Positions 63,578 through 64,000 of a DNA stretch of 64,000 nt are shown here, in pieces. The DNA is taken from positions 736,001-800,000 of the forward strand of contig OY729426.1 in assembly GCA_963422365.1 (NCBI GenBank). Direction: 5' to 3'. The translations under genes and the position numbers were made by a program. How positions within the stretch are numbered: position 1 is the stretch's first letter; every line of letters starts with the position of its first letter. The notes under the pieces are model-generated. The model saw nothing but the letters and a program-made list of their open reading frames with translations, was not told the origin of the DNA and searched no databases. The stretch comes from Nitrospirales bacterium. GTDB taxonomy: Bacteria > Nitrospirota > Nitrospiria > Nitrospirales > UBA8639.

Positions 63578-63964
63578 TTAGTGGTAGCCGTGGTGCCGGT
63601 AACATTCGAGGGCGTCGAGAAACGCTCGGTTCGCCAGGTTGGCGGCTTTCGCCATATAGTACCGCTCCACGGTGTTGCAGTATCCGCTTCGTTCCCTTCG
63701 CTGACAAGGCTTCAAGGGGCCGTCGGGATTTTTCGAGACGTCTCGGGCGATGAAGTCGGCACTTTTTTCCACGCGGACCTGATGTTGAATTTCTTTCTGA
63801 AGAAAGGCTATTTGCGCCTTGATCCCATCGGCCTGCTCAATGGCTTGCGGGATAGACGCCTGGAGAGAAGAGCGAATCGTGCGTTTGAATGCTTTGACGT
63901 GCACCCCCTTGAGTAGCGTGTCCATTGCTTCACTGAGGTGAGACAAATTTTCCGGGCAGGTCAC
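63578..63964 (-). CDS. hypothetical protein, probably extending beyond the window edge
   Basis: Open frame only. Confidence 0.4.
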   Translation of the reverse strand: MTCPENLSHLSEAMDTLLKGVHVKAFKRTIRSSLQASIPQAIEQADGIKAQIAFLQKEIQHQVRVEKSADFIARDVSKNPDGPLKPCQRRERSGYCNTVERYYMAKAANLANRAFLDALECYRHHGYH

Positions 63965-64000
63965 ATGTTCCGCCGCCTGCGCCGACGACGAGGAAACAGC

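Overview
This is a bacterial chromosomal window; gene content suggests Nitrospirota, but that is inference only. It opens with an F1 ATP synthase operon (atpHAGDC) and a RluA-family pseudouridine synthase. Next come a sigma-54 activator with a divergent pirin/MBL/amidohydrolase/CDGSH operon and tRNA-Arg(TCG), followed by an IS3 scar and an AT-richer three-gene module. A complete type I-G (I-U) CRISPR-Cas locus follows: cas3, csx17, csb1, csb2, cas4-cas1, cas2 and an array of 26 repeats/25 spacers, interrupted by a four-gene PadR/oxidoreductase cassette. The rest holds a Gld-like ABC system, a tRNA-fMet split by a 282-nt group I intron, housekeeping genes, a candidate structured ncRNA with a 71-bp tandem repeat, ydbH-ynbE-ydbL, an MscS channel and a decayed Sel1-repeat/serine-protease gene. 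The most notable feature is that Cas3 reads in frame into a C-terminal Fic domain, while a small FicA/VbhA-like antitoxin ORF (own RBS, inhibitory SxxxEG motif) is overprinted in another frame within the linker. This places a toxin-antitoxin module inside the cas operon. Many genes are broken by single indels or stops. All calls come from motif recognition by eye; no searches were run.
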